DNA of 64,000 nt from Callorhinchus milii. Its lineage: Eukaryota. The position numbers were made by a program, and so were the translations under genes. The notes under the pieces are model-generated. The model was given only the letters and a program-made list of their open reading frames with translations, made no database searches and had not been told where the DNA came from. The stretch is taken from the NCBI RefSeq assembly GCF_018977255.1, contig NW_024704742.1, positions 123,010,001-123,074,000 on the forward strand. The letters run 5' to 3'. Of the stretch, positions 1 through 13,417 are shown piece after piece. Each line of letters opens with the position of its first letter. Position 1 is the first letter of the stretch.

Positions 1-584
1 GGCTGAAAATAAAATTAGAAAAAACAAACCTTGGTAACCATTCGCTTTTGGACATGCCTTTAAGTTAAAATACCATATTTATTACTTTCAACATAGTAAT
101 CACATTTTACAGTAATTTATGCTCAAACTAGAACACAGATCTTCAGAGCTTTCCATCTATAAATTAGTTGCTAAATGGCTGCAAAATAATTTTCACAACT
201 TTCTAAATGAGCAGAAGAGTACATTTTTACATTTATATTGCACCTTTTACAGTGGGAGGACATCTCAAAGTGCTTCACACAGCTGGCTGGCTAACCAGAC
301 ACTTGGTTGTAGCCACTGAAATACTGGACCCAGCTAGCCACATTAAAATGGGGTTACTCTATATATGGGTATTCTCTGATAACCAAAAAACAAAGTGAGG
401 GAAGTTTTAAAGCTGCTTTTAACTTCTTGAATATACTTAAAGTGAAATAAGGCTTATAAGTAGGATTTATTGTCGTGTAATCAAATGCAAAATGTAATCC
501 ACCAAAAGCAGTCATTAACTTTGAAATTGAGATCTCAATTCCAGAAAGTGGTCAAAGTTTATAGATCTACGTATTGTTCATTAC

Positions 585-706
585 CTGTTCGCATCTGCAC
601 ATTTGACCAATATGGTTTCCACCACTGGCCTGAGAAGTCGCTGAAGTCGAGCTCTTTCTGCTACTGCATGACAAGGCGTATAGACCAGCATGGCTCTTAA
701 CGTTTT
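585..706 (-). CDS. MAP3K1: MAP3K1 exon 11 (122 nt): [40 protein letters not shown]
   Basis: Manual translation; acceptor ttgtag|AAA, donor AG|gtaatg. Confidence 0.97.
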
Positions 707-2590
707 CTACAAAAATAAAAAAAAATTCTCAGTAACATTTTATTTACCAAGTGTTTCAACTTTCTAATGCAATTTGTGTGAATGAACAAACCTAGTTTTG
801 AAAATAATTTAACTACTATAACACCTGGTTCAAACCAACCTTTACCAACGTTTTGCAAATTATACTAACATATTAATTGTTTCAGTCAGCCTTTGATGCC
901 AAATTTACCCACTAAAAGCTCTTGATAGTTTCAAATTTCCCCACAAAAATATCTGTAAATGAAATGGCAGTAAATAATGATCAATAGACTCTGGAAATAA
1001 TTTAAATATTTTTTTTCCATTTTTTAAAATTAAAGAAATGATAATAATAATCAACGCATTTGGTATAGCATCTTATCACGTTGTTGAGAAGTCTCAAAGT
1101 GCTTCACAGGATTTTACTATGAAGTGTCGTGACTGTATTTAAAGGCAAACCTGGTAGCCAATTTGTGCACAACAATGTCTCACAAACAGCCATGAAGTGA
1201 ATGTCAATATTGAATTTTACTGAGCCATGAAGTGAATGACAATGATATTTATGGGTAGTGCAGGAAAGCTACTCTAGGCCACAAGGGATCAATTATATGA
1301 TCGAGCAACATTCAGCTGTATCCAACTATTTTTTTAAAAAAAATTATGCCTCCCATTTGCCTACATACAAGGGCAACAGATGGAACCAGAGTACTAAAAT
1401 AAATTCAGTTTAGCAGTACAAAATTAAATGTATGCATCTGAATATTTGAATAAACATTTGGATATAGGCACCATTGGGTGTCAGTCATGGGAAAGTGCAG
1501 GTTCACCACTCACAAGTGTTGATATGAATTTTGGGCATTCAGCTAAGTGAAGGAGTCGGGTAGAGAGCAGGGACTTCAGGATATTAGCAAGTGTATCCTG
1601 GAAGGAGACTCAAAACAACATTGTTAGAGGTCTGGTACCAGTCCTCAAGGAGCACAATGCCCACAGAAAATGGAGAAACTGAGCGCAATTTTTTTTTTCC
1701 AGACCTTCATAAATAAAAACTAAAGGTCTGTCAGGCTGTTGTTCTGGAGAACAATGGCTGAGCAGTGTTAAGGGTTTACTGGATGAAATCTCTATTGGAA
1801 TAGATTGAGAACGTTCGCACCTCAGAGCAGCATAAATGTGTAAAGTCACATTAAGGAGGCACTAAAGACCAGGGAAAGGAAAAAATCAGGAGGATGCAGA
1901 TACTGAAGAGACAGTCTATTAGGAATATTTGCCCTACTTCTGAATTATCATGGTATCTGGAGGATACTGAATGAATTGATAGACCGTTGATACAGTTTTA
2001 CACAATTCAACTTCTAGAGGGAATAAAGTCTAAAGTAGTCCAGTATATGAAGACTCCATACTTTATACTTGGCAAGTTAATAGCTGTGCAGGATGAATAA
2101 GAGCAAACATTCTATTATTCTTAAATCATCACAGCTCTTTTAGAGCCATGCGTTGTTTTTGGAAACTTGCCACCCACAGCAGTACAAACTGAAGAGGTGC
2201 AAAGTCTTAATTAGAATTATCAATGCAAATTGCTTCATCAGCAAATATCAGGGCCACATAGACAGATTCATCCGTTTCAAGTGATAAATGTCTGCTAACT
2301 TCATTCAGCTTCTTAATTAAAAGCATTTATTCTTCCAGCTCAAGGCAACTGAACCTAGTGTCTTTTTTAAAAAAATACTCACGACATAAAGGAAAATACA
2401 TTTTGCCATAATTTAATCAGTTGTGGTAAAAGAAGGAATTTAGAAATGGAATTCAGAGGATTTCATTTGAATGTACTTTAATAGCTAGTCTCTAAAATGG
2501 TGAACTCATTTATACCACACAAAGTGGCACGATTCAACGATGAGCAAGGGTGAATGAAACCTCTTTACATTCTCACCAAAGCAACTCTTT

Positions 2591-3248
2591 ACTGCCTCAC
2601 CCCTCACGCTGCTGAAACTCTGGTCCACGCCTTTATCACCTCAAGGCTGGACTATGGGAACTCTCTCCTCACCGGCCTTCCCACCACCTCCCTCCACAAG
2701 CTGCAGGTCATTCAGAACTCTGCAGCTCGTGTACTGTCCCACACCAGGCTTCGTGACCACATCACTCCCAACCTCGCTCGCCTCCACTGGCTCCCCATCC
2801 CCCAGAGGATCGAATTCAAGATCCTCATCCTCACCTACAAGGCCATTCACGGCCTTGCTCCCTCCTACCTCTCTGACCTACTCTCCCCCTACCTACCTTG
2901 CCTGTACCCTCCGTTCCTCTGGCTCCGGTCTGCTCCACATCGCCCGCCCCAACCACCCTATCATCGGGGGCCGGGCCTTCAGCCTCTCAGCCCCCAGGCT
3001 CTGGAACTCTATCCCCCAGTGCCTTCGCCTTGCTTCCTCCCTTTCCTCCTTCAAGGCCGGTCTCAAGACCTTTCTCTTTGACCGTGCCTTCAGCTCCCCT
3101 CTCTACTCTCTACCCAACTCCTCGCTCCCTTCCCTCCGCTCACCCTGACCATTTCCCCCTTGCTCGGGTCCTGACTCAACTGTACAGCGCCTTGGGACGT
3201 CCTCCTGAAGTGAAAGTCGCTCTATAAATGGAATCTTGTTGTTGTTGC
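2591..3248 (+). mobile_element. L2 LINE 3' fragment
   Basis: LVHAFITSRLDYGNSLL...LHWLPIPQRIEFK...APRLWNS; stem-loop tail and (TTG)n. Confidence 0.95.
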
Positions 3249-4862
3249 TAGCCTGCAAATTTGATAAGCAATAAAGTAAAAGATTAATAAGCTTATATTT
3301 TCAAATCAACAATAACTTATTATTAAAGTGCCCATCACATAGGATACTATCTTGGAGCGCTATACAGGGATGGTGTTGGATGGTGAGCGTGATGGGTGAT
3401 TGGGGGGGGGGGGAAGAAGGGGCGTAGGCATGTTTTCAAATAACTTGTTAGAAGATTTTTTGTGGTGCTCTCGCAATGTGAAAATGAGCCATGGAAACCC
3501 CAAAAGTCCCACGTTTAATTCTCGATCCACACTGCCTACGTTTGCCTTAAGGCGCAAGGCAGGTTGCAAAGAAACTGGCTGTACATAAATTGGCTACCGG
3601 GTTCGCCTACAAAATACAGTCACTACACTTTACAGCGAATCCTGTAAAGCACTTTGAGATGACCTCCTGAGATGAAAGCCTGCGTCAAATGTAAGGAGAC
3701 TTATTATTATGATTAAGGCACATCCTATATATAAAACCTTCTATTTCAATCAATGGAAGAAAAATATTTTGCAGTATTCTGAGACCAACCATTGATATTG
3801 TCCATCAGTTATTTATAGCTCTGGATCCTGTCTTTTTCTCCAGCAGCATAATACACATGTGCTGAAACAGAGGACCCTTTCTACAAGTCACATGACTATA
3901 AATCTAAATGAACAATGCTTTTTTCTATGTTCATGAATGCCAACCTCTCTAAACAAAATGCCACAAGCAAATGTCAGCTCCACTGAAGAGATTATGAATT
4001 CAAAAGGCCAGTGTTGAAAACAGTAAAGAGGAATGATTGGGTTTCAAACCTTTCATGTTGAAAGTCAGAATTCTTCAATAAAATTATTCCATCCTTCAAA
4101 AGCTCAAGATACAGAACTGAATGTCAGTCTATATTCTTATAATCTAATGCATCTATTTTGAGTAATTACTTCTCAGTTTTGTCGATTTCATAGATCCTGG
4201 ACCTTACTTTTTTCAAAATCTTAAAGAATCTTTAAGATTATAAATATTGATATACTATAAATATATAAATACTTTGTGCAGGTTTCGCCCACAAATTACA
4301 GTCAATATACTTTACAGTATATTCTGTGAAGCGCTTTGAGATTTTCGACAACGTGATAAAGCACTAAATCAAATGCAAGGATGATTATTATCATTACTTC
4401 TGAATCTGGCGTGATTTAATTTAATAATATATTTGATGGTTTATTACACTGAATGTTCCCCAAGGAAGTTATTCTCAGAGGAATCTTTAAGATTATAAAT
4501 ATCGAATACAATACTAAATTGGCGCCCAATACTATATAATGAGTCACAGTTTCCTAATTGTAGTAATCAATAAACTCACAAGAAAAAAATGTTAAATCTG
4601 AAAAATATTTAATCTTAACATTCTCCCTATTACTCAGTACTTCCAGCAAAACATATTAATGACATAAAGGTCGAACTTCTCAAAGTTCTTCCAAACACTC
4701 TGTGCAAATAGCCAAGGTCAGCAACTTTAATGATCGCTAGAGTCCCAGTGTTCTATAAAAGTAGGAAAAAACGAAAACGGTTCAGGAAACAAATGTATTG
4801 AATATTTTGTGTATACAGAACGCTATTGCATTCCCAACAGGAAATTAGCCATAAAAACTTAC

Positions 4863-5156
4863 CAAAGCTGCGACATACACTTTGTATACTGGGTCAGCAC
4901 AGACCATGGAAAGTACACTGCAGCATGACTCCACTACTACATCTCCTGAGATGTCGGTCTGAGATGATCCACTGGCTCCCGTCAAACTACTACATCCATT
5001 GCTGCTTCCACTGCTACACGAGGAACTTCCAGTACGGATTTCACCATTGGCCAACAGCAAGGCTCCACTAACATCGTGGGAAAGACGCCTCAAAGCCATT
5101 TCTCGTACGTTCCAGTTCCGAGAAAAGAGACAGCTAACCAGTTCCATTCCAAATAT
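4863..5156 (-). CDS. MAP3K1: MAP3K1 exon 10 (294 nt): [39 protein letters not shown]...[13 protein letters not shown]
   Basis: Peptide matches the MEKK1 HEAT/TOG-like region; acceptor ttcag|ATA, donor TTG|gtaagt; preceded by a 125-bp intron. Confidence 0.97.
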
Positions 5157-5281
5157 CTGAACATGAAAACAGTGTCAAAGCAAAGGATTCAAAATAACTT
5201 ATTTTGCTTTTATTTAGATTGTTAAAACAGTTGTTTACTAAGCCTGTTCTGAAATAACCAACACTTTTGAAATGCCCTCAC

Positions 5282-5432
5282 CTGAATCCAGGGTTCTGCC
5301 AGCTCCTTATATGCTGGTGGGATTTGTTGAACCCCATAATGAGGCAGGTTAATGTCATTGTCCTGCTGTGGTCTCTGTGCCTCTACCGGGAGCGGTTGGC
5401 TCTGGACAGTCGGTGAACTTTGTGATTCATAG
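5282..5432 (-). CDS. MAP3K1: MAP3K1 exon 9 (151 nt): YESQSSPTVQSQPL...NLPHYGVQQIPPAYKELAEPWIQ
   Basis: C-terminal half matches MEKK1; acceptor aaaaag|C has the required phase; donor CAG|gtgagg. Confidence 0.92.
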
Positions 5433-6367
5433 CTTTTTAAAGACAAAAGCATACGAAAATATAAACTTAGTAATAAATTATATTGTGAACTAATCATGTT
5501 GATGGATTATTCATCTATAAGCCTTCAATAGTACAAGGTAATGTGAGGTCTGTCTCAAGACCCAACATATTTGACCATGTTTTTGATCATCGTGCCCCTT
5601 CCCACCCCCTTGGCTCCCACCCCCTGCTCAGGTACCAAGGCAGTATTGTTAGGTGCCTCGGGAAATCCTCCCAAAATGAAAGGCACTAAATAATTGTAAC
5701 ATCTGTATTGCATCTGTCACATGTACATATTTTTTCACCCTGGAGTGTGTTAAATGAGGGACTGCTCTGGCAGACTCCTCTCTAGTTGAAGGTTGTATGA
5801 GAGGTTTCTGTTCAGATCCCCCTTCAAGATGACCAAAGGCACCACACTGAACTACTCTTTCCAGATCTACCAATTCAACATTCAAAGAACTCACTGAGAA
5901 GGGAGAATTAAACCTCTTACTGAATAACACTAGTAAACTGTTTAGTTGCTTATAGCTTCTTGCATGGCCATTTATGAAGGTAAAAATGCTGCTGAAGGAA
6001 ATCCAATAATATTTAATTTCTACCCTTGGCCCACATCCCCATCACTGGAAGGGACAACAACAAAATTACATTTGTATAATGCCTTTCACGTCGGGAGGAT
6101 GTGCCAAGGCGCTGGACAGACAGAGTTACGGACCCGAGCTGAGGGGTGGGGGAGAGGGGAGTGCAGGGAGATCCAGATGTCATGGGAAGATAATACATAG
6201 TCCTAGCATTACAGCAGTTGTGAAAAAAAGTCTTAAAAAAATATAAGTTTCACTTTAAAAAGTCACAAGCTCTAAAGTTGAAAATGCTACAAAGGAAATG
6301 TCAATATTCCATACAACCAACAACCCAAATAGCTCCAGTTTCATACAGCAAAAATGACTGCTCTCAC

Positions 6368-6449
6368 CTGTGCAGTTCATGAGATTTCCATTTGGATCTA
6401 CAGAGAGGGCAGATTAGCATCTCCCGGTTTCTTCTGCATTCCTCAGCCC
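6368..6449 (-). CDS. MAP3K1: MAP3K1 exon 8 (82 nt), PHD/RING second half: (W)[26 protein letters not shown]
   Basis: Manual translation; acceptor ctctag|GG, donor AG|gtgaga. Confidence 0.97.
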
Positions 6450-6578
6450 CTAGAGTGAAATCCAGCAAAGATATTAAGTAAAATTTACAGAAGAGTAATA
6501 CTTAGTATCAACAGCCTCACAGTTTCTCATGAGGATATCAAGTACCAAGCGGAGTAAGCTGTGAAAAACAACATATTA

Positions 6579-6770
<192 letters not shown>

Positions 6771-7379
6771 TCATTTTATGTAGCAACTCCATGATAACAT
6801 GTTCATTTGAGTCCAATATCTCAGATACAGCATTATAATGAAACGTGAAAATACGACCAAGGTCTGGGTCATCAGGTTACCGATGAAGGAACTCCTACGT
6901 ATTCCACTCGTGCACACTATTTGCAGTTCTGCTGATGTCACTTCCCTTGTGAAGTAACGACATTGTCACTTCTTGCATTTCCTGCTGAAACCCAGCACGC
7001 ATGATGTGACAAGTGGCGCTTCCAAGCTTATCGACTCAAGCTCTCAGTGAACCAGTGCTCACCCACTGGCACATTCTATTTGGACCTGATCTAATGGCCC
7101 TGATTATTTAAAATATTGTTTTAAATCTGAAACATTATTAAAGACCACATCAACTTGTATATTGGATGTAAACTGCATCAAGAATCACGTACGACAATAC
7201 AGATGGAAGAGGTTACTTGTACATGTGATAACATTTTTAAAAATGTTTGGTGATCCCGTGCCCCTCATCCCTTCTAAACCAACTGCCTCTTGGCACAGGT
7301 AAATTTCTCTTTCTTCTTAAAGCTTGAATTCACTACATACAACCTATCTACCCCATAAATGAAGCACCAGAATACTCAC

Positions 7380-7528
7380 CTATGTTCTGTACTAGTCGTC
7401 GAGGTACTCAACGAAGCAGACACATGTGAATTAGACATGCGGGAAACAAACTTTTGTATCGTGTTCCGTGATGGAGCCTTGATACGTGAACTGCGCCGGT
7501 TGTGGTATTTCTGAAACAGACTCTCCAC
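7380..7528 (-). CDS. MAP3K1: MAP3K1 exon 6 (149 nt): [35 protein letters not shown]...
   Basis: Peptide matches MEKK1; acceptor aaaaag|GTG, donor AG|gtgagt. Confidence 0.96.
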
Positions 7529-7685
7529 CTTTTTTAAAGAGGAAAAATACACACAAGCCATAAGCTCTAAAGCAAAGTTCACTGGCTATATTGATATACA
7601 GGAATTACAGAATATCATTCAATAAATTCCCCACCTTCTGTGCTTTCAAATCCCTATTTAGATCTACACCAGAGATCAATCACTA

Positions 7686-10434
7686 CTACTCGTAGTAGTG
7701 GCAATAACGGAGACCTGGCTCAAACAAGGGCAGGAATGGGAGCCGAGTATTCCTGGCTACAATGTATTCAGAAGGGATAGGGAAGAAACAAAATGGAGAG
7801 GGAGTGACAATATTGATTAAAGACACAGTTACGGCCTTGGAAAGGCACGATGTGTTAGAGGGTCTTAAACCAGAATCTATTTGGTTAGCGTTAAGGAGCA
7901 GAAAAGGACCTGTTACTCTGTTAGGTGTTTACTATAGACCACCAAATAGTGGGAAGGAGATAGATGAGCAAATCTGCAAGCAGGTTTCAGAAAGATGCAA
8001 AACCAATAGAGTAGGGATAATGGGGGGACTTCAATTATTTTAACATAGACTGGCAAAATAACAGTGTAAAGGTCAAGGAGGGAGAAGGATTCCTGAAATG
8101 TGTGCAGGATAACTTTCTGGATCAGTACTTTTCCAGTCCAATGAGATAGAAAGCAGTGCTGGATCTAGTTCTGGGGAATGAAGTGGGGCAAGTGGAGCAA
8201 GTTTCAGTAGGAGAGCATCTGGACAACAGTGATCACAATATCATTACGTTTAGAGGACTTCTGTAAAGGGACAAGGAGCAGTCAAAGGTGAAGTTACTCA
8301 ACTGGAAGAGGGCTAATTTCAATGAGTTTAAAAAGGGACCTAGCCAAGGTGGACTGGAAAGAAAGATTGGCAGATAAAACAGCTAATGAACAATAGGAAG
8401 TCTTCAAGGAGATAGTTCACGGACGGAATAAATACATTCTCACAAAGGTAGGGCATCCAAACCTCCCGGATGAATAAGAAAATTGGGATTAAAATAAAAC
8501 AGAAAAGGGAGGCATATGATAAATGTCAGGTCCAAAATACAGAAGATAATCAAATAAAATCTTGAAAGTACAGAGGAGAACTGAAAAGGGAAATAAGAGG
8601 GCAAAGAGATTGTGTGAGAAAAGATTAGCAGGTAACATAAAAGGGAAACCTAAGATATTTTATAAGCATATAAAGAATAAAAGGTTAGTCAAAGGCAGGT
8701 GGGTCCAATTAGGGACCAAAGAGGAAATCTTCTTGTGAGGCAGAGGGCATGGCTGGTGTACTGAATAAGTACTTTGCATCTGTCTTCACAAAAGAGGATG
8801 CGGCCAATGCCACAGTATGAAAGGAGAGGGTAGAGAAATTGGGATAAGATAATTAAGATAATAATAAACTGAGAGGAGGTACTAAAATGGTTATTGGTCT
8901 CAAGGTAGATAAGTCACCCGGTCCAGATGGGATGCATCCTAGGTAGGCTACTGAGGGAAGTAACAATGGAAATAACAGAGGCTCTAGCCACAATCTTTCA
9001 ATCCCCCTTGGACACCAGGGTGGTGCCAGAGGACTGGAGGGTTGCAAATGTTACTCCCCTGTACAAAAAGGGGCAGAAGGATAAACCCGGGAACTACAAG
9101 CTATCGTTAGTAGTGGGGAAACATCTAGAGACTATACTTCGGAGCAAAAGAAATTTTCACTTTGAAAAATATGGGTTAATAAAGGACAGCCAACATGGAT
9201 TTGTTAAAGGCAAATAAGAGTTTATTGATGAAGTAATGGAGAGGGTGGATGAAGGTAGTGCAATTGACGCAGTTTATATGGATTTTCAAAAGGTGTTTGA
9301 TGAAGTGCCACGTAAGAGACTTGCAAACAAAATAGAATCCCATGGTATTAAACGGTCAGTGGCAGCATGGATACAGAACTGGCAGGAGACAGAAAACAAA
9401 GAGTGATGGTGAACAGTTGTTTTTTCTGACTGGAGGGAAGTGTGCAGTGGTGTCCCCCAGGGGTCGGTATTGGGACCACTGCTGTTTTCGATCTATATAA
9501 ATGACCTGGACTTGGGTATAGGGAGTACAGTTTCCCAGTTTGCAGATGATGCTAAGCTAGGGAAAGTAGTGAACAGTGAGGTGGATAGTAGCAAACTGCA
9601 AATGGACATAGACAGACTGGTAAAATGGGCCGACACGTGGCAGATGAAGTTTAATGTGGAGAAATGCAAAGTGATGCATTTTGGGAGGAAGAATGAAGAG
9701 AGGCAATATAAGATGATGGTACAATCTTAAAGGGGTGAAGGAACAGAGAGACCTGAGGGTTCATATAAGTAAATCTTTGAAGGTGGCAGGACAGGTAGAT
9801 AAAGCTGTTAAAAAAGCATATGGCTTTATAAATAGGGGCATAGAATACAAAAGTCAGTAAGTTATGATAAACCTCTATAAAATACTGGTAAAGCCTCAGC
9901 TAGAGTATTGCGTTCATTTCTGGGCACCACACTTTAGGAAGGAAGTCAAGGCATTGGAGAGGGTGAAAAGGAGATTTACCAGGATGGTACCAGGAATGAG
10001 GGACTTCAGTTATCAGGAGAGGCGAGAGAAGTCAGGATTATTCTCCTTGGGGCAGAGAAGGTTAAGAGGAGACTTAATAGAAGTTTCCAAAATTATGAAC
10101 GGATTCAATAGGGTGAACAAGGAGAAATTATTTCCACTGGCGGGTGGGTCAGTAAAACAAGGACATCAATTTAAAATAGTTGTTAAATGAAACAGAGGGG
10201 AGGTGAGGAGATTTTTTTTCATCCGCGAGTTGTTTGGATCTAGAATGCATTGCCTGAAAGGGTGGTGGAAGCCGAATGGATAACAACTTTTAAGTGAGAA
10301 GTAGATAACTATTTGGGGAGGACACGTTTGCAGGGCTATGGGGAGAGCACGGGGCAGTGGAATTCAATAGCTCTTTTTAGACATGATGGGCCGAATGGCC
10401 TCCTCCTGTGCTGTATGATTCAATGATTCTATGA
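7686..10434 (+). mobile_element. CR1 LINE ORF2 (endonuclease + RT) with 3' UTR; 5'-truncated, decayed
   Basis: AITETWL endonuclease start, [21 protein letters not shown] and FADD motifs across frameshifts; ends in gggccgaatggcctcct...tatgattcaatgattctatga, a CR1-type tail. Confidence 0.95.
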
Positions 10435-10442
10435 AATACAAA

Positions 10443-10758
10443 AATAATAATAATAATCCTTGCATTTGATATAGCGCTTTTCACGTCGGGAGGACGTCCC
10501 AAAGCGCTTCACAGAACACACTGTAAAGTGAATTGACTGTATATTTGTGGGCGAACGCGGCAGCCAATTGTGCACAGCAATGTTCCATAAACAGTCGTAG
10601 ATTGAAAATGACCAATTTATTATAGTTTTTGTTTTTGGTGGGATTATTATTAGGCGTGTGGAGTAAGGAAACTTGCCCAAGGTTTCGCCCTGCCTGGAAT
10701 TGAACTCAGGTCTCTCACTTGCAAAGCGAGTGCTCTAACCACTGAGCTACAGGACTCC
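10443..10758 (-). mobile_element. tRNA-derived SINE, young short subfamily, full length
   Basis: Head GGAGTCCTGTAGCTCAGTGGTTAGAGC with A and B boxes, Deu-like body, L2-type tail, (ATT)n. Confidence 0.95.
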
Positions 10759-11017
10759 ACGAGTAGATTATACATTAGCTATTTGCTAATAATACCATAC
10801 GTCTGGCTGCTAAATTATCTGCATCTTTGTGTGGGGTTTCACAAACCATTTCATACAAGCATGTGATTAGTCTGAGGAATACTTTGTCATCAGTTGTACT
10901 TTGATGACTTTTGTATGTAACAAAGGAATCAGTCATGACGGAAAGGATAAATTACGCTAAAACAAATCTGCAGAAGCCTAGAAGAAATTAGGAATAAGAA
11001 CTTGTTACTCTGCTTAC

Positions 11018-11134
11018 CTCAAAGTTTTTTAACGTCTTCCTCCATAACAATGAGTCTGATGGCTCTAACTGGAAGACTCGAAGCATAACAAATAGGACAT
11101 GAATGCAGAATGTTCCCCGTCCACAACTGCAGGT
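11018..11134 (-). CDS. MAP3K1: MAP3K1 exon 5 (117 nt), SWIM zinc finger: [39 protein letters not shown]
   Basis: Manual translation gives the CxC..CxH SWIM motif; acceptor ttctag|ACC, donor GAG|gtaagc; phase 0-0. Confidence 0.97.
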
Positions 11135-11203
11135 CTAGAAAGATTAGATATACGTTACAAAGTATGTACCTGCTTACTATGTACCAATCCACTTACTAAT
11201 TCA

Positions 11204-11602
<399 letters not shown>

Positions 11603-13213
11603 CTACAAAATAAGAGAATCTTTAAAGATCTCCAATCTTTCAAACCTGACCAGCTGACTGCAGGAGGTTTTTTGCTTTTTAAAAAAAAATTAAACAGATT
11701 ATTCGATTTTGGAACAATAATTTTTCAGTCCTCATCTGTAACAGTAACATCTGGCAAATAATGTTTGACCTTTACAAGTGGAACTGCTCATTCTGTATTC
11801 CAGCAGTCAATTTACTCTTCAAATATAGAATGACTTCAGCCACATGCTGGATTATATATTAAAAAATTTTAAATCGAAATTGGCTCATTTGCTGCAAAAA
11901 GGGGTGCGCTAATACCTAATTCTCTTTAATGCAGCATTAAAACTTCTATTTATGGCTGGTAATTCCTTTGCATTGATGGGGGAGGTTGAAGAGAATTTTT
12001 TTTTAGATTTGAGTGAGAATAATTTTTGGTTGTTTTGTGAGATTTGACTAAAAGAGGGTTTCAGACTGCAGCAACACCCTGTATTTATTCACATTGCTCT
12101 TGTCAAACTATTTTAGGTGCCTGCTTTAAATGTATTCCACCAAGCAGGTGTATGTACGTGTAATGTTTTTCAGAGCTGTCTGGGTCACGATCAGGTTCTT
12201 GAAAAGAATCTTCTAAAATCCAACTGAGAACATTACCTCCTCATTTTAAATAGGAATATAACGAAGCAAACAATTAAGAATCCTGGTTGTTACAGCAGAG
12301 TGTAAGTGGGTTTGGGAAAAACAAAATAAATATTTGCATGTTTGGCGACTGCTACTAGTCAATGCCTCTAGTAGGTAAATGCTGCGTGTGAGTAACTGCT
12401 GTTCAGACATGTAATTCAGACTTTCAAGTTGCAGTTTCAAACTGCAGCACTAGTTGACACTATAACCATATCAACCAGTGCAGACACCAACTAGCCAGTT
12501 ATTTTCCAGCTTCTGTGAGCCGATACAAAAAGAAAATCTCTCAATTTCCAATTAGAATCAAGACATTTCTCTCTCCGACCTCAATGGTTTGTTTCTTTCT
12601 CCACTTTAACTGATTCTTTAAGGCTTGTGGCACTTCTATCCTATAAAACTAACTCAAATGACCAAACCTTGCTTTCATTAATTTTTAGAATTCATTTCTT
12701 CTGGGTAACTTCAATCAATGCTTGCAGGCAACAGGGGGAAAAGAATCACTTTACAAACCTAAACCCCTTTTTAAAATTAGTTTTCAGCTACAAGGAGAGT
12801 TGAGGGAAAGGTATGGGTGCCCACCTTTTCAGATAGCGAAATGTGTGACTGTAGAATATCACAGATACAAATGCCACTTCAGAAAAATTAGCCCTTTCAA
12901 ATATTTGACAAGCTATTCATTATAATATTAAAGCTCTTTCTTAAACATCAGAGGCCTGAAATTCCTCATGGCTTGGCCTTAAGCATTGTTTAAAGTGCAA
13001 TATCTTTAAATTATTCCGTCTTAATTTGGAAACCATTTTCTGAAGTTCTTTTTAAAAACAATTTGCAAAACTCATACACAACTAACATTGAATTTAAGAA
13101 TTTTCCAAACTTCTGCACAATCTTACATTGAAGGCTAAGAGGAAGAAGATTTCTGGGCCCCTGATTTTTTAAAAAAAATATAAATGGTGGAGATTCTCCT
13201 TTTCAATACTTAC

Positions 13214-13417
13214 AGGAACAGGGGATACCCTCTTCCTTCTCACACCCGGCGATTCTGATTTTGCAGTATTTTTTGAGGAAGAGGAGGAGGAGGTCATGGA
13301 AGTAGATGAGCTGCTTGGAGAGGGGCTGCGTCTCCCTCTCTGCATTTGTGGGGAAGTGGTAAAGTTTTGAGAATCAGCCGCTGAACCGTCTGCTTTCACT
13401 GGAATTGGCTTCACTAC
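13214..13417 (-). CDS. MAP3K1: MAP3K1 exon 3 (204 nt): [12 protein letters not shown]...RRSPSP...[16 protein letters not shown]
   Basis: Conserved ends; acceptor atgcag|GTA, donor CCT|gtaagt; phase 0-0. Confidence 0.96.

Noticed and set aside
1189..1250. Short tandem duplications (also about 38731-38762 and 57529-57589)
   Set aside because: Two-copy slippage events with no sign of function.
7762..10190. ORFs with endonuclease and RT motifs as an active element or domesticated gene
   Set aside because: Many frameshifts and stops, no ORF1; a decayed CR1.
10429..10680. Recurrent ORF MGKFPYST...WSFSIYDCLW (also 18704-18955 and 40687-40965)
   Set aside because: Translation of near-identical SINE copies from a non-ATG start; not a gene family.
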